Source: an uncultured Candidatus Peribacteria bacterium
Lineage (GTDB): Bacteria > Patescibacteriota > Gracilibacteria > UBA1369 > UBA12473
Length of the DNA: 64,000 nucleotides
Direction: 5' to 3'
NCBI GenBank assembly: GCA_964491515.1
Contig: CAZBGQ010000004.1
Location: 18,326 to 82,325 of the forward strand
The position numbers and the translations under genes were made by a program. Under the pieces are notes generated by a model, which was given only the letters and a program-made list of their open reading frames with translations, made no database searches and was not told the DNA's origin. This document shows, piece after piece, positions 61,121 to 64,000 of the stretch. The number at the start of each line of letters is the position of its first letter. The first letter of the stretch is position 1.

Positions 61121-64000
61121 ATTTTACATCAGCTGCGCAAGTGCCTCCGTCGTCTATCCTGGTTCACCTGGATGAGTTGTTGAGTCGCACGAGTATAGAT
61201 ATAGAACTTATCTCGGAATTTTATCAAACGCTTCAAAGCGTGCCTGATGAAATGGCCGAAGGATTGGAAGACCGTCGTTATCAGATCCGTGCAAAGAAAA
61301 AAATCATTGAGGCTTTTTTGGAAGGTCGTCGTCGTGGTCAGCTCATCATGGGAACTGGCGGAGGGAAAACCGCGGTGGCTATGAGTATTATTGCGCAAAC
61401 AAAAGGTCGAACGCTGTGGCTTGCACCTTCTAAAATTGCGGTCAATCGTGGGATTTCAGAAGCGGAAAAATTTGCTCCTCACAAAACCTGGCATCGCCCG
61501 AAGGGAAAAGATTTTCAGGATTTTGATGACACAAAAGATATTACCTTTGGGACGTCTAGTATGTTTATTTACGGGGAAAAAGGTGCCAATGGCGGAGGAG
61601 ATGAGGAGCACGCTCGAAACGACGAAGAACTCACATCACAAGAAGAAGCAGCCATTGTACGCCGATTCAAACAATTCCCCCCTGATTATTTCGACATAAT
61701 TGTGCTTGATGAAGCACACCATTTTATGGGGAAAGTGATCAAAGAAATCGCCGAACATTTTACCGGTGCCTGTCAGCTCTACATGACCGCAACGCCAGCC
61801 AATGCAAAAAGTCATGTGGATGATATTGTCCCAGATCACTTTGATGACACCTGTAGCTCAGACTATCTCATCGATAAAGAGGGTTACCCTTCCGTTGTTT
61901 ATTATCCTATGGTGGCCGAGGGAGAACATCTCGAAAAAGCCACAGTCAACAATCGAATTCAGATTAAAGATGGGCAAGAAGGAGAGGTGCTCAATATGCC
62001 TTTCCGTTATCAAGCAACCCTTCAAGCCTTTGAAACGGCCATTGAAAAGGGTGAGAAAATTCTGGGTTTTTTGCCCTCAGTGAATTCTTCCTACAACTTC
62101 ATTCATAATGCGGCTCTTAAGGCGCATCCTGACTGGGCGGGAAAAATTGCTCATGTGGATGGAAGCATGAACGCCAAGGAAATTGAGGACATTGAGAGAA
62201 AATTTCGTAGTGGAGAAATTCTTGGTGTGACCTGTAATGCGCTCTGGGAAGAAAGTTTAGATGTGCCGGATATTCAACACATTGTATTAGCTAATCCAAC
62301 CACGTCTCCTCGCCGTATTGAGCAGGCCATTGGTCGTGGACGTCGTCCCGCTGAAGGGAAGACACATTTATACCTTTGGGATGTGGTCTCATCGTTGGCC
62401 AATCTAACCCCTGAACAGTTAGGAAACACACGAACGCCGGTGAGCATTCCGGAGCTACTCGGGTTTGAAGAAGTGGGCTATGGACAAGTTCTCGAAGGTC
62501 CAAACCGTGGTAAAAAATTGGTCACCACCGCTCCTGCAAAAAGGGGAGCTGATGTTCCTGATTTGGTCTATGCCGACTTTAAACGAGGAGAGCTTCAGTA
62601 CCTTGAATATAATGAGAGGATCAGAAACATGGCCTTCCTTCGTGATGGGAAAGTAGCCGCAAATCTTTATCGCTGTTTTGCGGAGAATGTGTTTGATACA
62701 CATCCGCTTAACCTGATTCTCTCGCCTGACTTGTTCATGGATCGCGACGAGAAGGTCCAAGTCCAAGACGAAAATACCGGTCTGGAATTCATGATCACAT
62801 TCAAAGATGCCTTTCATGCTGCCAAGTTGTACCGTGCTCTAGACAATATTCAAGAAGAAATCCTTCAGGATGTGGACGTGCTTTGTGATCAAGTTCATGA
62901 ACGTGTTGTCGACGTGTTGGCAGAAGAATTAAAATTCGAAAAGTATCGACAATCTGAAGAAGAATATTATGGATGGTTTATAGCCTTACTTGAAAATTAC
63001 TATGATGGATTGTTGGAAACACAAGGCCGAGATGAATTTGAAGATTATTTACACACCACTCAGTGGATGGATGTAGCTATGGGTATGTTGACAGAGGTAG
63101 ACAAACTAAGGCCGCATGAAATGGAAGAAGGGATGGTAACTGAACTGGCACTATGGATGGCTGGTGACTCGAGTGAATGTGCAAAGGCAAAACAAGCTTT
63201 TATACGTGCCTCACGTACTACCTTAAGATTAAAAACAAAGCCCGGGTTGCCGCCTATTCCAATGTGGCAACCAGATTATGAGGGAGCTCAAGAAGCCATC
63301 CAAGACGGACGAATTGGAGCCAGGCTGGAAGGCTACAGGCAGGCAATAGTTTTCGAAAAATACCGTTGTTCAGTAGAAGACTATGCACATTGGATAGAAG
63401 ATTTTCTTTTGTATTGTCATTGTAAGGATGAACTATTTGCACTTTTGAGAGTTGAAATTTTCGCACAGGTAGCAACTAGCATCCGAGAGGAAGAAGGAGG
63501 ATACATCACTGAAGTGAAAGATGAGGCTTTTATAGCAGGCCTTACTACTTGGTTAATGAAAGACAATAAGGAAAGAGCCAAGGCAAATGAGGCGCTTCGA
63601 GGATGTATCAAAAATATTATTTTATATGGAGATCGAGAGGCTAGATCCGCTCTTCCTAGCGAGATCAGGGGTGACGATTTTTACGTGGGAGCTGCAACTC
63701 AAGAAGAACTCAAGAAGGTTCTGGAACATGTTCATATTATCGTAAATCATCATGAGTCATCCTCGGTTACTTCATCTCCTGAAACGCTCGAATTCGAAGC
63801 TTTTCGTCCAAATCAAGAGACTTATGAAACCGCCATCTGGGAGGATGGATTTAGGGGAAATGGGATCCCCGACTATGCTCCCCCAGGATTTGATGGATGG
63901 TTAAGAAATGATCTGTTTATGATGGCAGCCATGCACGCCTATTCGGAATGGGAAAATGAGGAATTTTTAGCTGGCTTTGCTCGTTGGCTGATGTCCCAAC
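61111..64000 (+). CDS. Large SF2 DEAH-box helicase (ResIII/COG1061-like core) with long C-terminal extension; 3' end beyond the window
   Basis: Absent from the ORF track (no stop in the window). ATG at 61111 directly follows an in-frame TAA, and I read this frame through to 64000 without noticing a stop (not re-checked codon by codon). Motifs: RRYQ, I MGTGGGKT, Ia LWLAPSK, II VLDEAHH, III YMTATPA, V EESLDVPD, VI RIEQAIGRGRR. More than 500 aa follow with no motif I recognise. Confidence 0.85.
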   Translation, partial: MEVNFTSAAQVPPSSILVHLDELLSRTSIDIELISEFYQTLQSVPDEMAEGLEDRRYQIRAKKKIIEAFLEGRRRGQLIMGTGGGKTAVAMSIIAQTKGRTLWLAPSKIAVNRGISEAEKFAPHKTWHRPKGKDFQDFDDTKDITFGTSSMFIYGEKGANGGGDEEHARNDEELTSQEEAAIVRRFKQFPPDYFDIIVLDEAHHFMGKVIKEIAEHFTGACQLYMTATPANAKSHVDDIVPDHFDDTCSSDYLIDKEGYPSVVYYPMVAEGEHLEKATVNNRIQIKDGQEGEVLNMPFRYQATLQAFETAIEKGEKILGFLPSVNSSYNFIHNAALKAHPDWAGKIAHVDGSMNAKEIEDIERKFRSGEILGVTCNALWEESLDVPDIQHIVLANPTTSPRRIEQAIGRGRRPAEGKTHLYLWDVVSSLANLTPEQLGNTRTPVSIPELLGFEEVGYGQVLEGPNRGKKLVTTAPAKRGADVPDLVYADFKRGELQYLEYNERIRNMAFLRDGKVAANLYRCFAENVFDTHPLNLILSPDLFMDRDEKVQVQDENTGLEFMITFKDAFHAAKLYRALDNIQEEILQDVDVLCDQVHERVVDVLAEELKFEKYRQSEEEYYGWFIALLENYYDGLLETQGRDEFEDYLHTTQWMDVAMGMLTEVDKLRPHEMEEGMVTELALWMAGDSSECAKAKQAFIRASRTTLRLKTKPGLPPIPMWQPDYEGAQEAIQDGRIGARLEGYRQAIVFEKYRCSVEDYAHWIEDFLLYCHCKDELFALLRVEIFAQVATSIREEEGGYITEVKDEAFIAGLTTWLMKDNKERAKANEALRGCIKNIILYGDREARSALPSEIRGDDFYVGAATQEELKKVLEHVHIIVNHHESSSVTSSPETLEFEAFRPNQETYETAIWEDGFRGNGIPDYAPPGFDGWLRNDLFMMAAMHAYSEWENEEFLAGFARWLMSQ

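Noticed and set aside
1-64000. CRISPR arrays, IS elements/transposases, integrases, rRNA genes
   Set aside because: I noticed no regularly spaced direct repeats. No ORF has DDE-transposase, tyrosine- or serine-recombinase or Cas-like motifs, and no rRNA-like conserved segments are present. By-eye scanning of 64 kb cannot exclude short or degenerate repeats.

Overview
This 64-kb window comes from an AT-leaning bacterial chromosome. No rRNA or other taxonomic marker is in view, so the organism cannot be named. All protein calls rest on motif recognition by eye, not on searches.

Layout:
- 1-4 kb: a housekeeping and tRNA region. It holds an N-terminal fragment of an aminotransferase-like gene, an excisionase-type HTH gene with two 15-bp direct repeats in its promoter, tRNA-Lys(UUU), a CvpA-like membrane protein, dnaJ and tRNA-Glu(CUC). 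An unusually long non-coding stretch carries repeated TAGTC-core palindromes.
- 4.3-8.1 kb: a 1267-aa SLH-anchored, Ser/Thr/Asp-rich modular surface (S-layer-type) protein, followed by a strong intrinsic terminator.
- 8.3-57 kb: an almost uninterrupted surface-glycan island of about 49 kb. It contains:
  - UDP-uronic acid and UDP-xylose genes (Ugd, UXS, WbpP/TviC-like epimerase, WbpO/TviB-like dehydrogenase, AsnB/WbpS-like amidotransferase);
  - a CDP-glucose pathway extended by a C-methyltransferase, a RmlC-like epimerase and a DegT aminotransferase;
  - an ATP-grasp / class-III aminotransferase / Fe-alcohol dehydrogenase module;
  - a GDPD-like / HAD / nucleotidyltransferase module;
  - a CmcI-type methyltransferase;
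  - eight GT2/GT4 glycosyltransferases, a Wzx flippase and a WbaP-type initiating transferase;
  - a polyprenyl-phosphate GT2 with its DUF2304 partner;
  - several GT-C-like polytopic membrane proteins and an O-antigen-ligase-like protein with TPR repeats.
- Inside the island: the SAM-cycle genes ahcY and metK. metK sits behind a clear SAM-I riboswitch.
- Also inside the island: a tightly packed DUF4956 / CotH-kinase-beta-helix / VTC (polyphosphate-polymerase-like) trio. I consider this the most interesting uncharacterised system in the window.
- Right edge: proC, a DUF1385 gene and nnrD. These are followed by an orphan 410-aa gene translationally coupled to a very large SF2 DEAH helicase, whose repeat-containing C-terminal extension runs off the window.

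No CRISPR array, transposase or integrase was seen.
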